24,378 nucleotides of DNA from Candidatus Iainarchaeum sp. (lineage in GTDB: Archaea > Iainarchaeota > Iainarchaeia > Iainarchaeales > GCA-2688035), in NCBI GenBank assembly GCA_017610175.1, contig JAFCCO010000021.1, positions 1 through 24,378 of the forward strand. Reading direction: 5' to 3'. The position numbers were made by a program, and so were the translations under genes. How positions within the stretch are numbered: the first letter of the stretch is position 1; each line of letters opens with the position of its first letter. The notes below the pieces were generated by a model that saw nothing but the letters and a program-made list of their open reading frames with translations, was not told the origin of the DNA and made no database searches. Positions 1 through 9,384 of the stretch are shown piece by piece.

Positions 1-444
1 CTAATCAAAAGCGATCTTGAATTCCGTGTCATCTGGGAAGACCCAATAATCGAATTCACAATCCAAGAAATTAAACCAAACCAAACAGCCGAAGTAACAT
101 ACTTCATAGAAAAGAAAATTGAGGAAGCAACACTGTCAGAATGGACTCCACCAATACCCGCCGCAGCAACAGAAGTCACCCCAAAACCAACAACCTGTTC
201 AATTGACTCAGACTGCGACGACCAGGAACCCTGCACAAACCAACTATGCATAAACGGCGAATGCAGCTTTATACCCCAACCAAACGGAACAAACTGCGGA
301 TACGGAATGATTTGTGAAAACGCAGAGTGCACTGAAATCGAAAAAAGCATAATTGAAGCAGGAAACAACAATACAACAACCTACCTTGCAATAGCAATAC
401 TCCTAATCCTCGGGGCTGCAGCATGGTACTGGAAAAAGCAATAA
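1..444 (+). CDS. C-terminal part of a membrane-anchored surface protein with a Cys-rich repeat (5'-truncated by the window)
   Basis: Frame +1 is open from base 1 to TAA at 442-444 (not in the ORF track because it has no start). It encodes a P/T linker, CSIDSDCDDQEPCTNQLCINGEC...CGYGMICENAEC, then a hydrophobic helix YLAIAILLILGAAAWYW and a KKQ tail. Confidence 0.8.
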   Translation, partial: LIKSDLEFRVIWEDPIIEFTIQEIKPNQTAEVTYFIEKKIEEATLSEWTPPIPAAATEVTPKPTTCSIDSDCDDQEPCTNQLCINGECSFIPQPNGTNCGYGMICENAECTEIEKSIIEAGNNNTTTYLAIAILLILGAAAWYWKKQ

Positions 445-586
445 TACTGCAAATAGGCTTTTGCTTTGCCTGGTTTATTGAATCCGGTTGAGGTTCCCCT
501 GCCATTGGAAAACAATTAAATACGTTTATTCCCTGTTGTATATGGCAATTTATGACCGGTAAAAGGGAGCAATTAGCTTGTTGCAA

Positions 587-2086
587 ATGTTAGATTTTAA
601 GGCACAGTCCTGGGTTCTGTTTGTTGCAGCCGTAGCCGGCTTTGAATTGATGGGTTTGGAGATGGTGGCAAGCAGGATTCTGCAGCCGTTCTTTGGAACC
701 TCAATTTACGTTTGGGGAATTCTAATTGGCGTAATTTTTGCGGCAATGTCCTTTGGCTATTTGCTTGGGGGAAGGCTTGCCGACAAAAATCCAAGCAAGC
801 ACCTGCTATTCAAACTGCTGCTTTTGTCGGCGCTGTTTTTGCTCGCATCACTTTTGTCCTACCACACAATCCTTGTTTCATTTCTTGGAACAGACTTAAT
901 AACAGGCGTCCTTGTTTCAACATTGCTGCTTTTTGCGCCAACAATAATTTTGCTCAGCGCAGTTTCCCCGTTTTTAATAAAAATAGCTGCAATGGGGAAA
1001 GGTGTTGGAAGCGCAAGCGGAAAAATACTGTTTGCCTCAACCATAGGCGGCATTCTGGGAATAGCTTTCTCTGTTTTTTTTCTCATTCCAACCTTTGGCA
1101 GCAGAATTTCGCTCTCGCTGCTTTTTGCAATAATTCTTGCAGTGGCCGTCGCCGGGCTGTTTCCAAAAGATAGGCGGTTCTCGTTTGCACTGCTGTTGCT
1201 GCTTTCCCTGCTAGTTGTTCCAGCCAACGTAAGCCCCTCAATCATATACCAAACAGAGTCGGCGTACAGTTACATTATGGTGATAGAAAATGACAACATG
1301 GTCGAACTCTGGTTTGACCACCTGATTGGAAGGGAGTCTGTAACAATGGACAGCGTTTTCTCACACCTAATTTTTGATTACTTTGTAATTGGCCCGGAAA
1401 TCAACAACGGAAAGGAAATTCTGCTGCTTGGGCTTGGAGGGGGGACAGCGCTAAAACCCCAACTTGCCTTTCTTAAGGGCATCCAAATTGATGCGGTTGA
1501 GATAGACCAAAAAGTTGTGGACACGGCGAAAAAATTCTTTGGCCTCAAAGAAAGCCCCCAACTCGCAATTTTTGTGGAGGACGCAAGAACATTTCTCTCA
1601 AACTCACGCAAAAAATACGATGTTATCGAAATAGATTTATACAACGGAATAGAGCCCCCAATCCACACAATCACAAGGGAATTCTTTCAGCTTGCCTCAA
1701 ACCGATTGGAGGGCAACGGGGTAATTGAGATGAACGTTGTCTCCGCCGAAGAAAACAGTGAATTGATTCAGGCTGTGGGAAACACGGTGTGCGCGGTATT
1801 TCCAAGCGTTTTTACTTTGAGGCACGGAACCACACTGATGGTCGCAACAAAGGAACAAACAACCCTGCGGCAAATTAAAGAACAGATTTTAGCAAGCAAA
1901 GTGCCGGAACTAAATACAATAAATCTCAATGCCGCACAGAAAATAAAGGAATTCAATTGTGATCCAAGCAAAAAACCGCTTACAGATGACCTGGCGCCAA
2001 TTGAAGCAATTGTCTTCGAAGACAACCAAAAAATAATTGACATGAGCTATGAATATATTTTGGATCGAAAAAACAAAATAAAGTGA
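587..2086 (+). CDS. Fused MFS-like membrane domain / spermidine synthase-like SAM-dependent transferase
   Basis: About 7 N-terminal TM helices (LEMVASRILQPFFGTS..WG). The C-terminal Rossmann fold has LLGLGGGT, VEID, EDAR, YDVIEIDLY and LTDD motifs. Start is ATG 587 (TTG 578 also possible). Confidence 0.8.
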   Translation: MLDFKAQSWVLFVAAVAGFELMGLEMVASRILQPFFGTSIYVWGILIGVIFAAMSFGYLLGGRLADKNPSKHLLFKLLLLSALFLLASLLSYHTILVSFLGTDLITGVLVSTLLLFAPTIILLSAVSPFLIKIAAMGKGVGSASGKILFASTIGGILGIAFSVFFLIPTFGSRISLSLLFAIILAVAVAGLFPKDRRFSFALLLLLSLLVVPANVSPSIIYQTESAYSYIMVIENDNMVELWFDHLIGRESVTMDSVFSHLIFDYFVIGPEINNGKEILLLGLGGGTALKPQLAFLKGIQIDAVEIDQKVVDTAKKFFGLKESPQLAIFVEDARTFLSNSRKKYDVIEIDLYNGIEPPIHTITREFFQLASNRLEGNGVIEMNVVSAEENSELIQAVGNTVCAVFPSVFTLRHGTTLMVATKEQTTLRQIKEQILASKVPELNTINLNAAQKIKEFNCDPSKKPLTDDLAPIEAIVFEDNQKIIDMSYEYILDRKNKIK

Positions 2087-2109
2087 GATTGGATATGTTG
2101 GTGCGTTAA

Positions 2110-2847
2110 TTGATTGGAGTAACTGGTGACTTTGGAAAGGCAAAGGTAAAGACCTTAGCCCCCCAACTGCTTTCACTGCTTAAAAAACAGGGCCTTGAAA
2201 CGGAACTGTTCAGAATTCCCTCAAAAAAACTGAACTCAAAAAAATTCAGCCTAATCTGTGTTGTTGGGGGGGACGGGAGTTTGCTTCGCGTTGTTCGCGA
2301 GCTCAAAAAGCCGGTTCCGGTAATAGGTGTTGCCGCAGGCACAAGATCTTACCTAATGCAAATCAATCCAGGCAGGCTAAAACAGGCAGTGCGCAAAATT
2401 GCAAAAAAGAAATACAAGGTTGAAAAAAGAACAAGGCTCTCTGCAAAGCTCTCAGGCAAGAAAATTCCGCCAGCGCTAAACGAACTGCTTGTTGTTCCAA
2501 AGGAAAGCGGTTCGCTCATAAGGCTTGCTGTAAAAGCAGGCCGTTCCAATTATGAAATTGCGGGCGACGGCTTAATTATTGCAACATCCACCGGAAGCAC
2601 AGGGCACGCATTCAGCGCAGGCTGCAAGAGGCTAAAGCACGGCTGCAGAAAAATTGCTGTGGTTCCAAGCAACCCGCTTGAGCGAAAGCAAAAGCCGTTC
2701 ACTGTTTCAAAAAATGCGGAAATTTCAGTCAAGCCAATTTCCTCCGGAAAAAAGATGGAAGTTGTTGTGGACGGGAGAATCCGCTTTCCTCTCACTGGAA
2801 AGCTTTCAATTTCAAAGGGCAAGGACGCGCTTGTTGCAAGGCTGTAA
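2110..2847 (+). CDS. nadK: NAD(+) kinase
   Basis: GGDGS motif, ALNE motif and GDGLIIATSTGSTGH(AFSAG). TTG start. Confidence 0.88.
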   Translation: MIGVTGDFGKAKVKTLAPQLLSLLKKQGLETELFRIPSKKLNSKKFSLICVVGGDGSLLRVVRELKKPVPVIGVAAGTRSYLMQINPGRLKQAVRKIAKKKYKVEKRTRLSAKLSGKKIPPALNELLVVPKESGSLIRLAVKAGRSNYEIAGDGLIIATSTGSTGHAFSAGCKRLKHGCRKIAVVPSNPLERKQKPFTVSKNAEISVKPISSGKKMEVVVDGRIRFPLTGKLSISKGKDALVARL

Positions 2848-2894
2848 AAAGCCGGAATATCTCGGCAATCGCCGAATAAAGGTAAGTCAATAAC

Positions 2895-2909
2895 CGAAAG
2901 CTTTTTAAT
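2895..2909 (+). promoter_or_regulatory. Putative BRE/TATA promoter of the GltD-like gene
   Basis: CGAAAG followed by CTTTTTAAT, about 40 bp upstream of GTG 2948. RBS-like GGAAGTGA precedes the start. Confidence 0.5.
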
Positions 2910-2947
2910 TGCCGCCAGCTGTTATATTTGTTTCAGGAAGTGATTTT

Positions 2948-3820
2948 GTGGGCAAAATAGCAATCATTGGTTCAGGGCCTGCGGGCATGCACGCCGCACT
3001 GCTTCTTGCAAGGCAGAACCACAAAGTTGAGATATTTGAAAAGGAGCCAAAGCCAGGCGGAATGCTCCAGTATTACCTGCCCAAATTCAGGTTTACGCGG
3101 GAGGGAATTCGCCCAAAGGTTGAATCCCTTGAAAAGCTTGGGGTTAAGATTCACTTAAACACAAAAATAGGCATTGACAAGCCACTTGAGGGCCTAATTT
3201 CGAAGTTTGATGCGGTAATCCTTGCTCCAGGGGAATGGGTCGCAAAGGTTCCCCGACTGCACGGAATAAACCTTGAAAAAGTGGTTTTCTGGACCGAATT
3301 CCTCCGCGATTACAACGAGGGAAAGCTAAACAGCCTTGAGGGAAAGGCAATCACAATCGGCGGCGGAAACACGGCAATGGACTGTGCCCGCGTGGCAAAA
3401 AGGCTGGGGGCGGAATCAATTGTCGCATACCGGAGAAGCAGGGAAGGCATGCCGGCCGACCTGGATGAAATTGCAGCAGCCGAAAAGGACGGGGTTGAAA
3501 TAAAGGACCACCTAAGCCCTGTGCAGTTTCGCGGCAGAACAGAACTTGAGTCCCTTGTTTTTGAAAAAACAAAGGGGGCAGGACGCGAGCTTGGCATGAC
3601 AGGGGAGCAGGTTGAGATTAAAGCGGACTACGCAATTCTTGCAATCGGGCAGCAGCCGGACCCAAGCATTCTGGAAGGAAGCAAATACAACAGCTTCAAG
3701 GAACTGCCGGACAAAGTAATTCTTGCGGGAGACATTGCAAACGAGAAAAAATTAATTGCAACAGCAATTGCCTCTGCAACCGCAGCGGCAGAAAAAGCAA
3801 ACAAAATTGTAGACAATTGA
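2948..3820 (+). CDS. FAD/NAD(P)H-dependent oxidoreductase, GltD/SudA-like, lacking the N-terminal Fe-S domain
   Basis: KIAIIGSGPAG, GGMLQY.LP.FR, IGGGNTAMDCAR, YRRS and AGD motifs. The protein begins directly at the first Rossmann motif. Probable start is GTG 2948. Confidence 0.82.
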   Translation: MGKIAIIGSGPAGMHAALLLARQNHKVEIFEKEPKPGGMLQYYLPKFRFTREGIRPKVESLEKLGVKIHLNTKIGIDKPLEGLISKFDAVILAPGEWVAKVPRLHGINLEKVVFWTEFLRDYNEGKLNSLEGKAITIGGGNTAMDCARVAKRLGAESIVAYRRSREGMPADLDEIAAAEKDGVEIKDHLSPVQFRGRTELESLVFEKTKGAGRELGMTGEQVEIKADYAILAIGQQPDPSILEGSKYNSFKELPDKVILAGDIANEKKLIATAIASATAAAEKANKIVDN

Positions 3821-3842
3821 CGAATAAACCCGCGTCAATAAC

Positions 3843-3856
3843 CAAACCTTTATATT
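3843..3856 (+). promoter_or_regulatory. Putative TATA promoter of the mevalonate cluster
   Basis: CAAACCTTTATATT lies in the 77-bp gap. GGGGTGA RBS at about 3886-3892 precedes TTG 3898. Confidence 0.55.
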
Positions 3857-3897
3857 GTGTGCGGCATCTATATCTTAAAAATCCAGGGGTGAAATCC

Positions 3898-5175
3898 TTG
3901 AAATCGAGCGAAATTCACGGATTCTACAAAAAAACAAGAAGCGAAAGAATTTCTGCACTGAAAGAATTTGCAGACCTCAGCGAAGAGCAGGCAAAACTTT
4001 TAGCTAAAGATTCACCGCTTGAATTTGAAACAGCAGACAACATGGTTGAAAACGTTGTCTCAACACAACAGCTTCCTCTCGGGATTGCAACAAACTTCCA
4101 GCTCAACGGAAAAGATTACTTGATTCCAATGGCGGTTGAAGAACCAAGCGTTGTAGCGGCCGCAAGCAACGCCGCAAAAATCGCACGCAAATCAGGCGGC
4201 TTTACAACAGAATCAGACGAACCGGTAATGATAGGCCAAATTGTTTTGCTCAACGTTCCCGACCTTGAAGGCGCAAAAAAGGCAATCAAGGAAAAGGAAC
4301 AGGGACTGATTGAAAAGGCAAACACCGTAGACCCTGTTCTCGTCAAATTCGGCGGCGGAGCAAGGGGAATTGAATTAAGGGACTCAGAGGGGTTCCTCTT
4401 TGTGCATTTGCTCGTTGATGTAAGGGACGCAATGGGCGCAAATGCGGTAAACACAATGTCCGAATCAATCGCACCACAGCTTGAGGAACTTTCAAAAGGG
4501 CAGGCAAAAATGAGAATAATCACAAACCTTGCAACACACAGAAAAGCACGCGCAAAAGCGGTTTTCTCAAAACAGGCAATTGAGGAAAGCTTCAAGGGAA
4601 AAGATATCGGGATGACAACCGATGAAATTATCGACTCAATCATAAACGTTTACAAAATTGCAGAAGCAGACCAGTTTCGTGCAACCACACACAACAAGGG
4701 AATAATGAACGGAATTGATGCCGTTGCCGTTGCATGCGGACAGGACTGGAGGGCAATTGAGGCAGGGGCACACAGCTTTGCCTGCATCTCCGGAAAGTAC
4801 AAGCCCCTAACAAAATACTCAAAGGATTCAGACGGCAACCTTGTCGGGGAAATTGAGCTCCCAATAGCAGTGGGGCTAATAGGCGGGGCAGTTAAAACAA
4901 ACCCGACAGCAGGGGCATGCCTAAGCATTTTAGGGGTTAAAACAGCGCAGGAGCTTGCCGAGGCAATTGCAGCAGTGGGGCTTGCACAAAACTTTGCGGC
5001 AATAAGGGAAATTGCAACTCGCGGAATTCAAGCAGGCCACATGGCACTCCACGCAAAAAACATAGCGGTAATGGCCGGAGCAAAGGGAGAGCAGGTTGAC
5101 AAAATAGCTGAAAAAATGGTTGAAGAGAAAAACATCAGAGTAGACAGAGCAAAAGAAATTCTTGAGGAACTTTAA
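3898..5175 (+). CDS. mvaA: HMG-CoA reductase, class II
   Basis: ENVV...[50 protein letters not shown] and [10 protein letters not shown] motifs. Start is TTG 3898 after the RBS. Confidence 0.95.
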   Translation: MKSSEIHGFYKKTRSERISALKEFADLSEEQAKLLAKDSPLEFETADNMVENVVSTQQLPLGIATNFQLNGKDYLIPMAVEEPSVVAAASNAAKIARKSGGFTTESDEPVMIGQIVLLNVPDLEGAKKAIKEKEQGLIEKANTVDPVLVKFGGGARGIELRDSEGFLFVHLLVDVRDAMGANAVNTMSESIAPQLEELSKGQAKMRIITNLATHRKARAKAVFSKQAIEESFKGKDIGMTTDEIIDSIINVYKIAEADQFRATTHNKGIMNGIDAVAVACGQDWRAIEAGAHSFACISGKYKPLTKYSKDSDGNLVGEIELPIAVGLIGGAVKTNPTAGACLSILGVKTAQELAEAIAAVGLAQNFAAIREIATRGIQAGHMALHAKNIAVMAGAKGEQVDKIAEKMVEEKNIRVDRAKEILEEL

Positions 5176-5186
5176 GGGTGAGAGCA

Positions 5187-6236
5187 ATGATTGGAATAGT
5201 TGGATACGGAGCATATGTCCCAAAATACAGGATTACAATTGAAGAGATTGCCAGAGTGTGGCAAAAGGACGGAAAGGCCATAAGCAAAGGCCTCAACGTA
5301 AAAGAGAAGGCAGTAGGTTCATTGGATGAGGACGCGGCCACAATCGCGGTTGAAGCGGCAAGAAAGGCGGTTTCACACGCAGGCATTGAAGCAAAAAATA
5401 TTGGAGCGCTCTACGTTGGATCAGAATCACACCCCTACGCGGTAAAGCCAACAGCATCAATTGTTGCAGACGCAATAGGAGCAAGCCCTGATCTCACAGC
5501 GGCAGACCTTGAGTTTGCATGCAAGGCAGGAACGGCAGGAATCCAAATGTGCCTTGGCCTTGTGGGAAGCGAAATGCCCAAATGGATTGAGTACGGAATG
5601 TCAATCGGGGCAGACACAGCACAAGGAAGGCCCGGAGACGCACTGGAGTTTACAGCCGCATCAGGCGGAGCGGCATACATAATCGGAAAGAAAAATGAAG
5701 AAATTATTGCAGAAATCGAGGACACTTACAGTTTCACAACAGACACGCCTGATTTTTGGAGAAGGCCGCACGCGGAATTCCCAAGGCACGCAGGCAGATT
5801 CACGGGAGAACCGGCCTACTTTAAGCACTCAATTGGTGCCGCAAAGGGAATGATGGAGCGAACAGGCACAAAGCCATCGGACTTTGATTACGCGGTATTC
5901 CACCAGCCAAACGGAAAGTTCCCAATAAGGGTTGCAAAAATGCTTGGCTTTGAAAAAGAGCAAATCGAGCAAGGGCTAACAACGCCGCACATCGGAAACA
6001 CTTACTCCGCAAGCATGATGCTGGGCCTTGCATCAGTTCTTGACAAGGCAAAGGCCGGGGAAAGAATATTTGCGGTAAGCTATGGCTCGGGAGCGGGCTC
6101 GGACGCATTTGTAATCAAAGCAACAAAGAACATCGAGAAAAACAGGCCAAAACCTGTTTTCGAACTGTTCAAAGAAAAGGAATACATTGACTACGCAACT
6201 TATGCAAAATTCAGGAAAAAGCTCAAAAGCTTGTAG
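5187..6236 (+). CDS. HMG-CoA synthase (archaeal type)
   Basis: [11 protein letters not shown], catalytic [30 protein letters not shown] and SYGSGAG motifs. GGTGA RBS precedes ATG 5187. Confidence 0.95.
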   Translation: MIGIVGYGAYVPKYRITIEEIARVWQKDGKAISKGLNVKEKAVGSLDEDAATIAVEAARKAVSHAGIEAKNIGALYVGSESHPYAVKPTASIVADAIGASPDLTAADLEFACKAGTAGIQMCLGLVGSEMPKWIEYGMSIGADTAQGRPGDALEFTAASGGAAYIIGKKNEEIIAEIEDTYSFTTDTPDFWRRPHAEFPRHAGRFTGEPAYFKHSIGAAKGMMERTGTKPSDFDYAVFHQPNGKFPIRVAKMLGFEKEQIEQGLTTPHIGNTYSASMMLGLASVLDKAKAGERIFAVSYGSGAGSDAFVIKATKNIEKNRPKPVFELFKEKEYIDYATYAKFRKKLKSL

Positions 6237-6244
6237 GTGAGAGG

Positions 6245-7417
6245 ATGAGGAATGTTTCAATAATTGGTTATGGATGCACAAAGTTTGGAGAACACTGGAA
6301 CAAAAGTTTCAGGCAACTAATTGCCGAAGCAGGCATTGAAGCAATACTGAGTGCAGGCATTGAAGGAAAGGACATTGAGGCACTCTACGGCGGAAGCATG
6401 GCTTCAGGCCGTTTCATTGGGCAAGAACACATTGGTGCACTAATTGCAGACCAGTTGGGATTGAACCCAATTCCGGCAACGCGCGTTGAAAACGCATGCG
6501 CCTCAGGCGGAACAGCGCTTCGCTCAGGATATATGGCAATCAAGTCGGGGGAATACGACATGGTTGCAGTCGGCGGAGTCGAAAAAATGACTGATGTCGG
6601 CGTTGAGCAGGCGGCAATAGCTCTTGGGGGGGCTGGAGACCAGGAAACAGAACTTTTCCACGGAGCAAGCTTTCCCGCACTCTACGCATTGATGGCCAGA
6701 GCCCACATGGACAAGTATGGCACAACAGAGGAACAGCTTGCGGCCGTTTCAGTTAAAAACCACCACAACGCAACACTCAACCCAAAGGCACAGTTCCAAA
6801 GGGAAATAACAATTGAAACAGTAATGAACTCAGGCTACATTGCAACCCCGCTAAAGCTCCTTGACTGCTCCCCAATAACAGACGGGGCAGCGGCGGTAAT
6901 TCTCTGCGAGTCGGAGAAGGCAAAAAAATTATGCGAGCAGCCGATTGAAATAATCGCATCAGAGCAGACAAGTGACACACTCTCACTTGCGGCAAGGGAA
7001 AGCCTCACTGAAACAAAGGCCGCAAAAATTGCGGCAAACAGGGCATTTGAAAGAGCAAAACTCAAGCCAAAAGACATCGACTTTGCGGAAGTACACGACT
7101 GCTTCAGCATTGCAGAAATTCTTGCAATCGAGGCAATCGGGTTCTGTGAACAGGGGCAGGGCGGAAAGTTTACAGAGCAGGGAAATACGGCATTAGACGG
7201 GCAAATTCCGGTAAACGTTTCAGGGGGCCTGAAAGCAAAAGGGCACCCGGTCGGGGCAACAGGAATCGCACAGGCAGTTGAAGCATGCCTGCAGCTGCAG
7301 GGAAAAGCCGAAAAAAGGCAAGTAAAGGATGCAAAAATTGGTCTGGCTCACAATGTTGGGGGCAGTGGCGCAACCTGCACACTGCATATGTTCAAAGCAC
7401 TGGAGGGGAAAAACTAA
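6245..7417 (+). CDS. Acetoacetyl-CoA thiolase (archaeal)
   Basis: ENACASG catalytic Cys, DCSPITDGAAA, EVHDCF, SGGLKAKGHPVGATG and HNVGG motifs. Lies between HMGS and DUF35. Confidence 0.95.
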   Translation: MRNVSIIGYGCTKFGEHWNKSFRQLIAEAGIEAILSAGIEGKDIEALYGGSMASGRFIGQEHIGALIADQLGLNPIPATRVENACASGGTALRSGYMAIKSGEYDMVAVGGVEKMTDVGVEQAAIALGGAGDQETELFHGASFPALYALMARAHMDKYGTTEEQLAAVSVKNHHNATLNPKAQFQREITIETVMNSGYIATPLKLLDCSPITDGAAAVILCESEKAKKLCEQPIEIIASEQTSDTLSLAARESLTETKAAKIAANRAFERAKLKPKDIDFAEVHDCFSIAEILAIEAIGFCEQGQGGKFTEQGNTALDGQIPVNVSGGLKAKGHPVGATGIAQAVEACLQLQGKAEKRQVKDAKIGLAHNVGGSGATCTLHMFKALEGKN

Positions 7418-7818
7418 TGGACGGAGCACTACCACTTATTTGGAGAAAGTTCGGGGAGAGATACGACCTCGACGGAAACAAATGCGGGACATGCGGAACA
7501 GCATACTTCCCTGCAAGGGCAGTCTGCCCCAAATGCAGGCGAAAAGGAACGCTTGTTGCGCAGAAAATGCCCAAAAAGGGAAAGATTGTAACATTCACAG
7601 AGCTCTTCGCAGGACCAGCAGGCTTTGAGCACGAGACACCATACTTTATTGCAATAATCGAGCTTGACAACAAAGCAAGGCTGCTAAGCCAGGTTGTTGA
7701 CTCAGAAAAGGAAAAAGTCAAAGTGGGCGCACGCGTTGAAAAAGTCTTCCGCAAAATCTCAGACATAGATCCAGAGGGTCCAATAGCCTACGGCTACAAA
7801 TTCAAGGTAGTTGGATAA
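7417..7818 (+). CDS. DUF35 Zn-ribbon/OB-fold scaffold protein of the thiolase-HMGS complex
   Basis: CGTC...CPKC zinc ribbon, OB fold and YGYKF C-terminus. ATG 7417 overlaps the thiolase stop (TAATG). Confidence 0.92.
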   Translation: MDGALPLIWRKFGERYDLDGNKCGTCGTAYFPARAVCPKCRRKGTLVAQKMPKKGKIVTFTELFAGPAGFEHETPYFIAIIELDNKARLLSQVVDSEKEKVKVGARVEKVFRKISDIDPEGPIAYGYKFKVVG

Positions 7819-7829
7819 CGCCTCTAAAA

Positions 7830-7845
7830 TGCCTTGGAAAGGGCA
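7830..7845 (+). terminator. Short GNRA-loop hairpin after DUF35 (possible terminator or processing site)
   Basis: TGCCTT-GGAA-AGGGCA forms a 6-bp stem with one G-U pair. Confidence 0.3.
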
Positions 7846-7854
7846 ATCCTAAGA

Positions 7855-7875
7855 TATTTAATGACTTTTAAGTCA
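7855..7875 (+). promoter_or_regulatory. Putative internal promoter with palindromic operator upstream of mvk
   Basis: TATTTAA (7855-7861) is immediately followed by the perfect inverted repeat TGACTT-TT-AAGTCA (7862-7875). Confidence 0.45.
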
Positions 7876-7897
7876 GGTTTATTTGGGGGATTGAGCT

Positions 7898-8833
7898 ATG
7901 TGGAAAGGACAGGGTTTTGGAAAAACAATTCTTTTTGGAGAACACTTTGTGGTGTACGGCTTGTCAGGAATAGCTTCAGGGCTCAGCAACAAGACAATTG
8001 CAACAGTTGAAAAATCAGACAAATTCGAATTCATAGACAACCGCCCGGAAACACCGGGCTACAAGGAAAAGAAAAAAGATGAAATTCAAAGGCAAATTGA
8101 ATCACTTAAAAAGCAATTCAGTATAAGCCAACCAATAAAAATTATCCTTGAAGGAAATCTTAAATGCAGCTCAGGAGTCGGCTCAAGTGCAGCACTCGCC
8201 TCATCAATCGCCCGCGCCTTAAATGAATTCCTCAACCTTGGAATGAATGCTGAGCAAATAAACAAAGCAGCCTACATTGCAGAGGAAGCAGGCTCGGGTG
8301 CCGGAAGGGTTTCAGGAATTGACAACACCTGCTCCACATTTGGCGGGTTTATCTGGTTTGAAAAGAATTTAGACGGAGGCCCGAACAAGATTGAAAGATT
8401 TTCAGTTAAAAGCCCTGTCGAAATAGTTCTAGCAAGCACAGGAATAACACAGGAAACAAAAGAAGTCGTTGGAGACGTTAAAGAGAAAAAGTTGGCAAAC
8501 GAAGAGGAATTTGCAAAAATTTTCGATGAATACAGGGAAACATGCCGGAACGCATCGAAAGCAATTAAAAAAGAAAACTGGAAAACAGTCGGTTTGCTAA
8601 TGGACAAAAACCAGGAACTATTAAGGCAAATTGGTGTTTCCTGCAAGGAAATAGAGGAAATTGTAAAGTCTGCAAAGGACGCAGGCGCATTTGGGGCAAA
8701 GCTGACAGGAACAGGAAGGGGCGGTTACGTTCTAATGCTGACCCCTGGAAAGGGGTTGCAGGAAAAGGTTGCAAATGCAGTTGAAGAACTTGGTTACGAA
8801 ACCCTGAAAACAGAGCTTGGAGCATTACAATGA
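7898..8833 (+). CDS. mvk: Mevalonate kinase
   Basis: GKTILFGEHFVVYG, GHMP loop GVGSSAA, SGIDN and GAKLTGTGRGG motifs. Confidence 0.95.
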   Translation: MWKGQGFGKTILFGEHFVVYGLSGIASGLSNKTIATVEKSDKFEFIDNRPETPGYKEKKKDEIQRQIESLKKQFSISQPIKIILEGNLKCSSGVGSSAALASSIARALNEFLNLGMNAEQINKAAYIAEEAGSGAGRVSGIDNTCSTFGGFIWFEKNLDGGPNKIERFSVKSPVEIVLASTGITQETKEVVGDVKEKKLANEEEFAKIFDEYRETCRNASKAIKKENWKTVGLLMDKNQELLRQIGVSCKEIEEIVKSAKDAGAFGAKLTGTGRGGYVLMLTPGKGLQEKVANAVEELGYETLKTELGALQ

Positions 8834-9384
8834 AGCTGATTGTGGCAATATGCGGCGCGTCAGGCGTCAACTACGGAATAGACGTTCTCAAGGCACTGAA
8901 CGAAGTGGGGGGGGAAACACACCTTGTTCTCAGCGAGTGGGCCGAAAAGCTAATTGAAGAGGAAACAGACCAAAGCATTGAATCGGTGAAAAAGCTTGCA
9001 TCCAAAGTCTACGGATACAGGGAAATGGGCGCAGCCATTTCCAGCTCCAGCTTTCTGGTTGACGGGATGATTATCTGCCCTGCAACGGTAAAAACAGTTT
9101 CAGAGCTGGCACAGGCACACTCAGGCAACTTGATTTCAAGGGCTGCGGACAACATGCTCAAAACAAGAAAGCCGCTGATTGTGTGCATTAGGGAAACACC
9201 GCTAAGCGGCCCCTGCCTGGAAAACCTTGCCAAAATTGCCCAATACGGGGGAATAATAATGCCGCTTTCACCTGGCTTTTACCACAAACCAAAAAGCATT
9301 AAAGAACTGGAAGCCTTTATTACTGGGAAAGCACTTGACTTGCTTGGAATAAAAAACGAAAAATTCAAAAGGTGGGGAAAATGA
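8830..9384 (+). CDS. ubiX: Flavin prenyltransferase (prFMN synthase)
   Basis: VAICGASG, ICPAT, NLISRAAD, RETPL and PGFYHKP motifs. ATGA overlap with mvk. Confidence 0.93.
   Translation: MKLIVAICGASGVNYGIDVLKALNEVGGETHLVLSEWAEKLIEEETDQSIESVKKLASKVYGYREMGAAISSSSFLVDGMIICPATVKTVSELAQAHSGNLISRAADNMLKTRKPLIVCIRETPLSGPCLENLAKIAQYGGIIMPLSPGFYHKPKSIKELEAFITGKALDLLGIKNEKFKRWGK

Noticed and set aside
2110-5175. nadK and the GltD-like gene as NADPH supply for HMGR in one transcript
   Set aside because: HMGR looks NADH-type and has its own TATA/RBS. The 3817 TTG overlap in the ORF track is probably not the real start.
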